Positions 37,725 to 46,452 of a stretch of DNA of 50,151 bases are shown one piece after another (position 1 is the first letter of the stretch; each line of letters opens with the position of its first letter). The notes under the pieces are model-generated. The model was given only the letters and a program-made list of their open reading frames with translations, had not been told where the DNA came from and ran no database searches. Source of the DNA: Paracoccaceae bacterium. GTDB lineage: Bacteria; Pseudomonadota; Alphaproteobacteria; Rhodobacterales; Rhodobacteraceae. The position numbers were made by a program, and so were the translations under genes. The stretch lies in assembly GCA_016937725.1 (NCBI GenBank), contig JAFGVZ010000078.1, positions 1 through 50,151 of the forward strand, written 5' to 3'.

Positions 37725-38339
37725 ATGACCGAGGCGATGTCGCGGCACGAGATAGAAGATGTTCTGTCATCCATCCGGCGATTGGTCTCGCACGAGGATC
37801 GGGCTGCACAGGAACATGTCAAATCCGTCCCAGAGGCTTCGGGCAAACTGGTCCTGACCTCGGCTTTGCGTGTGGACGAAGCAGACACGCCGGAGATGTT
37901 GCCGGAACAGACTACGCAAGCCGCATCCGCAGAGCTCGTGAACACCGCGCCCGCGCCGAGTGCGACCCCAGCTTTCGCAGAAGCGCCCGCGCGGCCCCCG
38001 CTATTGAAGCGGATAGCGCAGGCAGGGCAAACAGCATCAACGCCCGAGCGGCCACTGGCAGAGGAAGCCAAAGCCGCGACCGATAATGCGGTCACGGAAT
38101 CGGTCAGTGACACCGTTCTGGAAGCGACCCTCGCGCGCTTGGAAGAAGCCTTGGCCATAACCCCGGCAGAACCAGAGCGCAGCACGGACACCGTGATCGA
38201 TGAAGATGTGCTGACACAGATCGTGGCCAAGATCGTCCGGCAGGAATTGCAAGGCGAGTTGGGCGAGCGCATCACCCGCAACATCCGCAAGCTGGTGCGC
38301 GCCGAGGTTGCCCGCGAATTGCAGATGCGTAACCTCTGA
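37725..38339 (+). CDS. PopZ-like polar scaffold protein
   Basis: N-terminal helix EIEDVLSSIRRLVS; Pro/Ala/Glu-rich disordered middle; C-terminal helix ending LVRAEVARE; follows pcm-tolC. Confidence 0.65.
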   Translation: MTEAMSRHEIEDVLSSIRRLVSHEDRAAQEHVKSVPEASGKLVLTSALRVDEADTPEMLPEQTTQAASAELVNTAPAPSATPAFAEAPARPPLLKRIAQAGQTASTPERPLAEEAKAATDNAVTESVSDTVLEATLARLEEALAITPAEPERSTDTVIDEDVLTQIVAKIVRQELQGELGERITRNIRKLVRAEVARELQMRNL

Positions 38340-38455
38340 CCGGGCTTGCATTCCGCTTTCGCCATATATTACACATGTTATACGGAACACCGCGCTCTCC
38401 CTCGCCATTCCGGTTTTTGCCTGCAATCGCGGGCCGTTCTTGAGGGAGATCACAC

Positions 38456-39376
38456 ATGCATCGTCGTCACTTCCTGCAATCATCGCTTGCGGCCACTTTG
38501 GTGGCGCAAGGGCTTGTGCCGCGCCGCGCGCTGGCTGTCACCTCGCTCGAACTGGGCGGGGCGCGGCTGGACATGGTGTCTGATGGCAACCTTGTGCTGC
38601 CGTTCGATACAACGCTCGAATCGCTTCCGGCAGAGTTTCTGGCCGATTTGATCGGTCGCTATGGGCTGAGCACAGAGCAGATGACCCCGCCCTGTAACCA
38701 CACGCTGCTGCGCGACGGTGATCGGACGGTTCTGTTCGATGTGGGTGCGGGGTTCGACTTCATGGCAAGCGCGGGCATGTTGCCTGATACGCTGTCGGAC
38801 ATGGGGGTCGCGCCCGAAGACGTCACCCATCTGGTGCTGACGCATGCCCACCCCGATCATATCTGGGGGTTGCTGGATGATTTCGACGAACCGTTCCTGC
38901 CCAATGCCCAGATTATCATGGGGCGTGCCGAGTGGGAATATTGGATGGACCCGACAACCGTGGACACGATCGGTGCAGAACGCCAGTCATTTGCCGTGGG
39001 TGCCGCGCGCCGACTGGAGATGATTGCCGATCAGGTCACGCTCATCGAAGATGGCGCCGAAGTGGTGCCGGGGGTTCTGGCGGTGGCGAGCCATGGACAC
39101 ACGCCGGGACACATGTCCTATCAAGTGCAACTGGGCGGGCAGGGCGTGCTTGTCACGGGCGATGCCATCGGAAACGGCCATGTCGCCTTCGAGCGGCCGG
39201 ATTTCCCGTCTGCCTCTGACCAAGACCCGCAGATGGGCGCGGCGACGCGGGCGGCGCTGCTGGACCGTATCACGGCAGATAACCTGCTGGTGGCGGGCTT
39301 TCATGTTGAACATGGCGGGCTTGGCCGCGCCGAAAAACTGGCCGATGGGGCCTATCGTTTCAACCCGGAGATTTGA
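38456..39376 (+). CDS. MBL-fold metallo-hydrolase with Tat signal (SoxG-like)
   Basis: MHRRHFL; THAHPDH, GHTPGH, GDA, GFH. Confidence 0.85.
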   Translation: MHRRHFLQSSLAATLVAQGLVPRRALAVTSLELGGARLDMVSDGNLVLPFDTTLESLPAEFLADLIGRYGLSTEQMTPPCNHTLLRDGDRTVLFDVGAGFDFMASAGMLPDTLSDMGVAPEDVTHLVLTHAHPDHIWGLLDDFDEPFLPNAQIIMGRAEWEYWMDPTTVDTIGAERQSFAVGAARRLEMIADQVTLIEDGAEVVPGVLAVASHGHTPGHMSYQVQLGGQGVLVTGDAIGNGHVAFERPDFPSASDQDPQMGAATRAALLDRITADNLLVAGFHVEHGGLGRAEKLADGAYRFNPEI

Positions 39377-39379
39377 CAG

Positions 39380-40333
39380 ATGATCCGTTCGTTTGTGTTG
39401 GGCGCAACCGCCCTGTGCTGGGCGAGTGCAGCGCTGGCCTCTGAAGATATCGCGGATAAATATCCGCAATCCGTGCTCTATAACCTGCCGATAGAGGTGA
39501 TCCCCGGCGTCTGGTCCTCCATTGGCGCGACTGCCCCGCCCACCTATGAAAACGCGGGCCACAACAACAACCTGAGTTTTATCATCACCGGCGATGGCGT
39601 GGTGGTCATCAATTCGGGTGCGTCCTACAAACTGGCCGAAGCGTTGCATTCAGAGATCCGCGCGCGGACCGATCAGCCGGTCAAGCTGGTGATTGCCGAA
39701 AACGGGCAGGGCCATGCCATGCTGGGCAATAATTACTGGATTGACCAAGGTGTCCCGGTTCTGGCCCATGTCGATGCTGCCCATGAATTCGAGAAGGATG
39801 CAGGGCAGGGGCTGGCCAGTTTGCAGAATTACGCACGCGAGAATGCCGAGGGCACCGTGCCCATGGCCCCGACCGTGACCTTCACCGACAGCTATGACGC
39901 GTCCATGGGCGATTTCCGCATCGAAGTGCTGCACCTTGGCCCGGCCCATAGCCCCGGCGACACCCAAGTCTGGTTGCCCGAGCAATCCTTGATGATCGCG
40001 GGCGACATTGCGTTTCAGGAACGCATGCCCCCGATTTTCGAGGGCACCTGCACAAGCTGCTGGATAGAGACATGGGAAACCGCGCTAGAGCCCTTGAACC
40101 CGATCTATGTCATTCCGGGCCATGGCCATCCGACCAACTTGGCGCAAGTCCGGCGTTACACGCATGATTATCTGGTCTACTTGCGTGAGCGGATTGCCGA
40201 GCATCTGGATGCAGGCGGCGATCTGACGACGGCGTATTACGTCGATCAATCCCCCTACACGCATCTGGACACGTTCGAAGAACTGGCCACCAAGAACGCC
40301 GGCGTCGTGTTTTCCGAGATGGAGTGGGAATAA
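39380..40333 (+). CDS. MBL-fold periplasmic protein (SoxH-like)
   Basis: Sec signal; NAGHNNN, degenerate metal motif ENGQGH, AHSPGD, AGD, IPGHG; adjacent to sox genes. Confidence 0.75.
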   Translation: MIRSFVLGATALCWASAALASEDIADKYPQSVLYNLPIEVIPGVWSSIGATAPPTYENAGHNNNLSFIITGDGVVVINSGASYKLAEALHSEIRARTDQPVKLVIAENGQGHAMLGNNYWIDQGVPVLAHVDAAHEFEKDAGQGLASLQNYARENAEGTVPMAPTVTFTDSYDASMGDFRIEVLHLGPAHSPGDTQVWLPEQSLMIAGDIAFQERMPPIFEGTCTSCWIETWETALEPLNPIYVIPGHGHPTNLAQVRRYTHDYLVYLRERIAEHLDAGGDLTTAYYVDQSPYTHLDTFEELATKNAGVVFSEMEWE

Positions 40334-40357
40334 GCGTCGCGGACCATAATCCGGCGA

Positions 40358-40392
40358 AAAAAGAAATGGCCCGCATATTGCGGGCCATTTTT
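40358..40392. terminator. Bidirectional terminator between the soxH-like gene and soxT
   Basis: aaatggcccgca-tat-tgcgggccattt 12-bp stem with A/T runs on both sides. Confidence 0.85.
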
Positions 40393-40410
40393 GTTCTCAT
40401 CGAGGTTGGT

Positions 40411-41478
40411 TCAGACTGCTACTGGCAAACCACGCCTCCCGCGTTGATCGACCAGCAAGTCCGTCAGCCCTGCGCCGATCCACATGCTTAACAGCGCCAG
40501 CCACGCGGTTGCGGCGAAGACCGAAGCGCCTGTCAAAGACCCGATGGCGCAGCCGCCCGCCAGCATCCCGCCAAAGCCCATCAGGGCCGCACCGAACAGT
40601 GAACGGCGCATCGCATCGGCCCCGTCATATCCCTGCCATTTCAGCTCTTTGGCAAACAAAGCGGCCAAAAATGCCCCCAGCACCACACCCGGCACCAGCC
40701 CGATATCGAACCGCAGCCTTGGCGCGGGTTCCAAAAAGAACATCAGCGTGTTGGCCGAGGGGCCGGTGAATGTGGCCGAGGTTACGTTGACGGGTTCAAA
40801 AGCGATCTGCGCCAGCGTCCATGTGGCGATCCAGCCAAGTGCCACGGCAAAGCCCACGCCAGAGGCAAAGATCAGCGAGGTCCATGTCAGCTTGTGACGA
40901 TACGCGAGGAAGAGTGCCAGAAATGCCGACGCCACGCCCAACCAAAGCCCAAGGTTCTGGCTTAGGCCAAGCGCATCCATCAAATGCACATTCCGTCCGC
41001 CTGCGGTCGTCCAGAGGCTGGCAAGCCATGTGCGAAAAGGCGCAAGCCAGCCGTGAAGGGACATCTGCGCGACCAGTGCGAACACCAGACCGGCGATAAC
41101 AGAGCGCAAATTGCCAGTCGCCGCCAGCACCAGCAACCGACCCGAACACCCGCGCGCCAGCACCATGCCCGCACCAAACATCAGCCCGCCGATCACCGCG
41201 CCGGACCATGATCCTGACACGGCCATCAGCCGAGAATCGTCTGCGCGGAACAGGCCAAGCGATTGCGCGCCTTGCACCCAAACCACAGCGGTTGAAAAGG
41301 TCAGAAGCCAAATCGCCATGCGCGGGCCAAGCCGGCCGCGTGCGAATTCGACGGTTGCGGCGCGCAGGCAAAAGCTGGATCGCTGGGCGGCAATGCCAAA
41401 AACCATGCCGACAATCAGGCCCATCAGGGCCTCGACATTGTTTTCGCCCAAGGTTTCAACAATTGGAATCAGGTCCAT
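40411..41478 (-). CDS. soxT: YeeE/YedE family sulfur transporter (SoxT)
   Basis: Three conserved Cys motifs (SFCLR, LARGC, LAGGCAIG); multi-TM; downstream of soxR. Confidence 0.85.
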   Translation of the reverse strand: MDLIPIVETLGENNVEALMGLIVGMVFGIAAQRSSFCLRAATVEFARGRLGPRMAIWLLTFSTAVVWVQGAQSLGLFRADDSRLMAVSGSWSGAVIGGLMFGAGMVLARGCSGRLLVLAATGNLRSVIAGLVFALVAQMSLHGWLAPFRTWLASLWTTAGGRNVHLMDALGLSQNLGLWLGVASAFLALFLAYRHKLTWTSLIFASGVGFAVALGWIATWTLAQIAFEPVNVTSATFTGPSANTLMFFLEPAPRLRFDIGLVPGVVLGAFLAALFAKELKWQGYDGADAMRRSLFGAALMGFGGMLAGGCAIGSLTGASVFAATAWLALLSMWIGAGLTDLLVDQRGRRGLPVAV

Positions 41479-41539
41479 CGCAGCGCGCCCCAAATAATTC
41501 GAGTGTGGGACACATTAAACGTCGAAGCCGCGCGCCACC

Positions 41540-41553
41540 TTGATCTGGATCAC
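41540..41553. promoter_or_regulatory. FNR-type box upstream of soxT
   Basis: TTGAT-CTGG-ATCAC, one mismatch to consensus, about 60 nt upstream of the soxT ATG. Confidence 0.55.
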
Positions 41554-41555
41554 CG

Positions 41556-41945
41556 TCAGAGGTTTCTGCCGCGGAACATGCGCTGCATCATCAATACCGC
41601 GTCACGGACGCGATCATCGGCCAAGGAATAGATAATCTGGTTGCCTTCGCGCCGGGTTGTGACCAGCTTTTCATGGCGCAGGCGCGCCAATTGCTGGCTG
41701 ACCGCAGCCTGACGCGACAGGATCAGTTTCTCCAGCTCGGTCACGGAACAATCACGCTCGCACAGATGATACAGCATCAGCAAACGGCCTTCATGGCCCA
41801 TCGCTTTCAGGAAATCCGCCGCCGCCCGTGCTTCGGCCTGCAATGAGTCGTGGTCAACCTCGGACGTAGGCGGAGGCGATGCCTCTGCCCTGTGGCGGTC
41901 AAGATGGGTCGGCCCGCCATGCTCCAGTGATTGCCCGTCTGGCAA
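41556..41945 (-). CDS. soxR: ArsR/SmtB family sox repressor SoxR (start uncertain)
   Basis: FLKAMGHEGRL, SVTELE..RQAAVSQQLARLR, RREG..IYSL; lies between soxS and soxT. Confidence 0.85.
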   Translation of the reverse strand: MPDGQSLEHGGPTHLDRHRAEASPPPTSEVDHDSLQAEARAAADFLKAMGHEGRLLMLYHLCERDCSVTELEKLILSRQAAVSQQLARLRHEKLVTTRREGNQIIYSLADDRVRDAVLMMQRMFRGRNL

Positions 41946-42076
41946 GGTATGATTTCCGACTGTTACTGTAATTGCCGCGCCACTTCGGCACCTTGTTATT
42001 ATCAACAGTGTAACAGATCGGAAGTCGGCTGGCGAGTTCGCCGCGCGAAAAACGGGCAGATTGTGGGAATTGGCGC

Positions 42077-42484
42077 TCAGTTCAGGGCGGACTGGGACAA
42101 AGTTTCCTGCGCGTCCGCGATCATCTGGGCAATATAGGGCCAGAAAAAATCTTCGCCTGGAAAGCCTGTCATGCGCGAAATCTCATGCCCGTCCGGCCCG
42201 ATCAGGATGAAAGTGGGTGTCACAAACGGACGAGAGGCCAAGGTAATCCCCTCTGGCAAGTCCTTGCGCAGGTCGGCATGGAACAAGGGCGCTGCGGCAC
42301 CTTCGCTCGAGATTTCATAGATCGGGGCGATGTCGCGGTTGAAGGCCACGCAATAGGCACAGCCTGCCTGTTCCATCATCAGCAAGCGCAAACCGGTTTC
42401 AGACTGGGCAGCAGCGAGTGTCGGCAGTGCCAGAAAAATCGACGCTGCAATCCAAACTGCGCATTGACGTAAAGAATTTAACAT
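42077..42484 (-). CDS. soxS: Periplasmic thioredoxin SoxS
   Basis: Signal peptide, EQAGCAYC, TPTF, GFPGEDFFW; divergent from soxV. Confidence 0.85.
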   Translation of the reverse strand: MLNSLRQCAVWIAASIFLALPTLAAAQSETGLRLLMMEQAGCAYCVAFNRDIAPIYEISSEGAAAPLFHADLRKDLPEGITLASRPFVTPTFILIGPDGHEISRMTGFPGEDFFWPYIAQMIADAQETLSQSALN

Positions 42485-42503
42485 ACGAACAATCTAATAT
42501 GTT
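42480..42503. promoter_or_regulatory. Putative SoxR operator, soxS/soxV divergent region
   Basis: aacata-N12-tatgtt inverted repeat; core ATAC-N8-TAAT. Confidence 0.55.
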
Positions 42504-42555
42504 GTTTTGGCCCGCGCAACCAAGATAAGCGGGCGCACTTCGGGAGAACACTCAC

Positions 42556-43293
42556 ATGTTCGACATCAGCTATGCAGGGGCCGCGATCGCGGGGCTCTTG
42601 TCGTTTTTCACCCCGTGTATTCTGCCCATCGTGCCATTCTACCTATGCTACATGGCCGGCCTGTCCATGGGCGAGTTGCGCGATGAAGGCGGGCTTGCGC
42701 CGGGGGCGCAGCGCCGCCTTGTGCTGTCCTCGGTTGCCTTCGCGCTTGGTGTGACCAGTATTTTCGTGCTGCTGGGCATGGGTGCGACCGCTTTGGGGCA
42801 GGCCTTCATTGCCTATCGGGACATTCTGAAATGGGTCGCCGCCGCTGTTTTGCTGGGCTTTGGCTTGCATTTTCTGGGGGTTATCAAGATCGGCTTCCTG
42901 TATCGGCAAGCCCGGATAGAAAATGTGGGCGCGCCCAAATCCATGGTTGGGTCCTATGTGATGGGGCTGGCCTTCGGCTTCGGCTGGACGCCTTGCGTTG
43001 GCCCCGCACTGGCTGCGATCTTGATGGTTGCGTCGGGGATGGGCGAAGTCTGGCGCGGCGGGTTGTTGCTTGCGGTTTATGGCCTGTCGATGACCTTCCC
43101 CTTCGTCATCGCGGCATTGTTCGCGCGGCCCTTCCTGAACTGGGTCGGCAAGCACCGCTCGAAACTGGCGCATGTCGAAAAGGTGATGGGTGGTATGCTG
43201 GTCGTATTCGCTATTCTGATCGCAACTGATTCGATTTCGCTGATCGCCGATTGGATGCTGCGCAACATGCCTTGGACGGCCACTTTGGGGTGA
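42556..43293 (+). CDS. soxV: CcdA-family membrane disulfide transporter SoxV
   Basis: GLLSFFTPCILP and FGWTPCVGP Cys pair. Confidence 0.9.
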   Translation: MFDISYAGAAIAGLLSFFTPCILPIVPFYLCYMAGLSMGELRDEGGLAPGAQRRLVLSSVAFALGVTSIFVLLGMGATALGQAFIAYRDILKWVAAAVLLGFGLHFLGVIKIGFLYRQARIENVGAPKSMVGSYVMGLAFGFGWTPCVGPALAAILMVASGMGEVWRGGLLLAVYGLSMTFPFVIAALFARPFLNWVGKHRSKLAHVEKVMGGMLVVFAILIATDSISLIADWMLRNMPWTATLG

Positions 43294-43322
43294 TCGTCAC
43301 AAATCTGACCTGGGAGGAGACT

Positions 43323-43892
43323 ATGCTGAGAATTGTATTTGCTTTTGTCGCGGGCCTTATGCTGACCGGTCCCGCTGCTGCCGTTCCCTTGGGGGAAGAC
43401 GGGTTGCACAAGCCCGCATGGTTCGTCGAAACGTTCCGCGACCTGCGCGATGATCTTGCCGATGCCAACGAGCAAGGCAAACGCCTGCTTTTGATCTTCG
43501 AACAGCGCGGCTGCATCTACTGCACGCGGATGCATGAACAGGTGTATGTCGATCCAGAGATCGAGCGCCTGCTTTCGGAACAGTTCTATGTCATCCAGAT
43601 GAACCTGTTCGGGAACCTTGAGGTCACTGATTTCGACGGCACCGTCATGGAAGAACGTGACATGGCGCGTCGTTGGGGTGTGGTGTTCACCCCCACAATG
43701 ATCTTCGCGCCAGAGGTTGCTCCCGAATCAGGTGGCCTGCGCGATTCGGCCGCAATGGTGATGCCCGGCGCGTTCGAACGCGGCAGCACCCGGTTGATGT
43801 TGGAATTCGTGTTGGAGAAGGGCTACGAGGGCGAAGAGCATTTCCAAAAGTACGTTGCGCGCCGCTTGGATGAGATGCGCGAGTCTCAGTAA
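43323..43892 (+). CDS. soxW: Periplasmic thioredoxin SoxW
   Basis: Signal peptide, FEQRGCIYC, FTPT, EHFQKY; GGGAGGAG RBS. Confidence 0.9.
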   Translation: MLRIVFAFVAGLMLTGPAAAVPLGEDGLHKPAWFVETFRDLRDDLADANEQGKRLLLIFEQRGCIYCTRMHEQVYVDPEIERLLSEQFYVIQMNLFGNLEVTDFDGTVMEERDMARRWGVVFTPTMIFAPEVAPESGGLRDSAAMVMPGAFERGSTRLMLEFVLEKGYEGEEHFQKYVARRLDEMRESQ

Positions 43893-43914
43893 AGGCTTGA
43901 TATTGTTCAAAAAT

Positions 43915-43949
43915 GAAACCCCGTCCTTCTACTCGAAGGGCGGGGTTTC
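43915..43949 (+). terminator. Stem-loop terminator after soxW
   Basis: gaaaccccgtccttc-tactc-gaagggcggggtttc stem. Confidence 0.7.
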
Positions 43950-44019
43950 GCATTCTCTGAAAAGAATATGCAAAAAATCGAATTTTCATTTGCCGCATCG
44001 GTATCCCTTGGTCTACAGT
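43950..44019 (+). promoter_or_regulatory. soxX promoter with putative SoxR operator
   Basis: ATTC-N8-GAAT at 43952-43967; TTGCCG (43990) N18 TACAGT (44014). Confidence 0.55.
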
Positions 44020-44078
44020 GACAACATGGTGAGCTTGGGAGAGCGCCACATCTACACAGCGTGTCTGGGAGGACATCC

Positions 44079-44573
44079 ATGAATTCACGTTTCATCAGTG
44101 CAGCATTGACCTCGGCCTTCGTTGTCGTTGCTGTTTCCGCATCGGCAGAAATCAAACCGGCAGACGTTGTCTGGGAAAATGACATCGCAATCCCGGCCTC
44201 GTTGACCGGCGTTCCGGGCGACCCCGCCGAAGGGGCGAAAGTTCTGTCGGCACGGTCCTTGGGCAATTGCGTGGCCTGCCACCAAAACTCTGCAATGCCC
44301 GACGTGGCGTTCCAAGGGAATGTCGGCCCGTCGTTTGATGGTGTCGGTGCCCGTTGGTCCGAAGCAGAGCTGCGCGGCATCGTTGCCGATGCCAAACGCG
44401 CTTTCCCTGAAAGCCGCATGCCGACCTTCTATGAAGATGATCCGGCGGCCTTCATCCGTCCGGGCGATGCCTACACGGCGAAGGCCTACAACCCAGAAAC
44501 CTTCTCGACGCTGCTGACTGCTCAGCAAATCGAGGATGTGGTGGCCTACCTGGTCACCTTGACCGAATACTGA
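44079..44573 (+). CDS. soxX: Sulfur oxidation c-type cytochrome SoxX
   Basis: GNCVACH, GNVGP, SRMPTF, LLTAQQIEDVVAYL. Confidence 0.94.
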   Translation: MNSRFISAALTSAFVVVAVSASAEIKPADVVWENDIAIPASLTGVPGDPAEGAKVLSARSLGNCVACHQNSAMPDVAFQGNVGPSFDGVGARWSEAELRGIVADAKRAFPESRMPTFYEDDPAAFIRPGDAYTAKAYNPETFSTLLTAQQIEDVVAYLVTLTEY

Positions 44574-44620
44574 GGCGGCGTCGCGCCCCCTCGGCCCTCT
44601 CTACTCGAAAGGATATCTCG

Positions 44621-45034
44621 ATGATTACAAGACGCGAAACTATGGCCTTGGGTCTTGGTGTTGCCACCATCACCCTGCTGCCGCTCCGTGCAAGCGCTGC
44701 TGCTGGCGACGCGATCGCGGCCTATACCGGTGGCGCAGCTGTCACCGAAGGCGGCGTGATGATCACCGCTCCGGAAATTGCTGAAAACGGCAACACTGTT
44801 CCGATTACGGTCGAAGCCCCCGGCGCGGCAGAAATCGCGATCTACGCCGATGGCAACCCGACCCCGGGCGTTGCTGTGTTCAAGTTCGGCCCGGCTGCCG
44901 GTTCGAACCGTGCTTCGACCCGCATTCGTCTGGGCGGCACGCAGGACGTGGTCGCCGTAGCCAAAATGCCCGATGGCAGCTTCATGCAGGCCGCTGTCGA
45001 AGTGAAAGTCACCATTGGCGGTTGCGGCGGCTGA
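44621..45034 (+). CDS. soxY: Thiosulfate carrier SoxY
   Basis: Tat signal TRRE, APEIAENG, C-terminal VKVTIGGCGG. Confidence 0.97.
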   Translation: MITRRETMALGLGVATITLLPLRASAAAGDAIAAYTGGAAVTEGGVMITAPEIAENGNTVPITVEAPGAAEIAIYADGNPTPGVAVFKFGPAAGSNRASTRIRLGGTQDVVAVAKMPDGSFMQAAVEVKVTIGGCGG

Positions 45035-45079
45035 TCTAGCCCGCATCCTTCGCCAATCGTCATTCTAGGAGAGACACAC

Positions 45080-45406
45080 ATGTCTGAAGTTAAACCCCGC
45101 ATCCGCCTGCCGCGCTCTGTGAAGGCTGGGCAAGCCGCCGAAGTCAAAACGCTGGTCAGCCACGTTATGGAAACCGGCCTGCGTAAAGATTCCAGCGGCA
45201 ACATCATTCCGCGCATGATCATCAACCGCTTCACCTGCGAATATGGTGGCGAAATGGTGGTCGACATGGCGCTGGAAGGCGCAATTTCCGCGAACCCTTA
45301 TGTCGAATTCGACATCATGGTCGGTGACGCCACCGACGTCGTCTTCACTTGGTATGAAGATGGCGGCGCGGTCTACACGCAGACCGAACAGTTGACCATC
45401 GGTTAA
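45080..45406 (+). CDS. soxZ: Thiosulfate carrier partner SoxZ
   Basis: VKTLVSHVMETGLRKD..IPR.II, ISANPY. Confidence 0.96.
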   Translation: MSEVKPRIRLPRSVKAGQAAEVKTLVSHVMETGLRKDSSGNIIPRMIINRFTCEYGGEMVVDMALEGAISANPYVEFDIMVGDATDVVFTWYEDGGAVYTQTEQLTIG

Positions 45407-45442
45407 CGTTTTACGGTCATGCGCCAGTCTGGGAGGAGACGT

Positions 45443-46309
45443 ATGAAGACCTTTACCCTAAGCAAGCTGATGGCCTCTGCGGCAATCTGTGCGGTCGCGC
45501 TTACCAGCGCGGCCCATGCAGACCCGCATCCGGATGCAGAGCTTATCATCGACGGCGAGCTGAAGCTGAACGTGCGTGCCGAAGCCCCGGCACATCTGGA
45601 CGGTGCGCTGCCCGAGCTATACTCGGGTTGGCTGTTCCGCACAGATGAGACCCGCGCGCTACAAATGGACGATTTCGAAAATCCGGCCATCTTGGCGGTC
45701 GAAGCGGGCGCTGAGCTGTGGGAAACCGCGCAAGGTGCCACGGATCAGTCCTGCGCCGATTGCCATGGCGATGCGGCGGAAAGCATGAAAGGAGTTCGTG
45801 CTTCCATGCCTAAGGTCAACGAGAATGGCGATCTGTGGTCCATGGAAGACTACGTGATGAACTGTCAGACCACACGCATGGAAGCTGAGCCTTATGGCTG
45901 GAACAGCAGCGATATGCGTAACCTGACCTCGTTCATCTCGATGCAGTCGCGCGGTATGCCGGTGGATGTGGCAATTGACGGTGCCGCTGCACCCTTCTGG
46001 GAGAAGGGCAAAGAGATGTATTATACCCGCTTCGGTCAGTTGGAGCTGTCTTGCGCCAATTGCCACGAAGATAGCTGGGGTATGATGATCCGCGCGGACC
46101 ATCTGAGCCAAGGCCAGATCAACGGCTTCCCGACCTACCGTCTGAAGAATGCGGGCATGGTCTCGATCCACAACCGTTTCCGCGGCTGTATTCGTGACAC
46201 GCGCGCAGAATCCTTTGCGATCGGATCGCAAGAATTCCGCGAGTTGGAACTGTATGTTGCATCGCGCGGCAACGGTCTGGCTGTCGAAGGCGTGGCTGTT
46301 CGTCAGTAA
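45443..46309 (+). CDS. soxA: Diheme cytochrome SoxA
   Basis: CADCH and CANCH heme motifs, GFPTYR, RFRGC, LELYVASRGNG. Confidence 0.96.
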   Translation: MKTFTLSKLMASAAICAVALTSAAHADPHPDAELIIDGELKLNVRAEAPAHLDGALPELYSGWLFRTDETRALQMDDFENPAILAVEAGAELWETAQGATDQSCADCHGDAAESMKGVRASMPKVNENGDLWSMEDYVMNCQTTRMEAEPYGWNSSDMRNLTSFISMQSRGMPVDVAIDGAAAPFWEKGKEMYYTRFGQLELSCANCHEDSWGMMIRADHLSQGQINGFPTYRLKNAGMVSIHNRFRGCIRDTRAESFAIGSQEFRELELYVASRGNGLAVEGVAVRQ

Positions 46310-46452
46310 CCTGGTTTTCGGGGCGCGCGCTTAGGTGTGCCCCGAGCCTCTGGTCTGGCGTTTTTTCAGACCAACAATATTCACACTTACGAAGATTGGC
46401 ATGTTCGCTTTCCTCCCGGCGAACTGCCATCCCTCCCAAGGAGAGACCTCTC

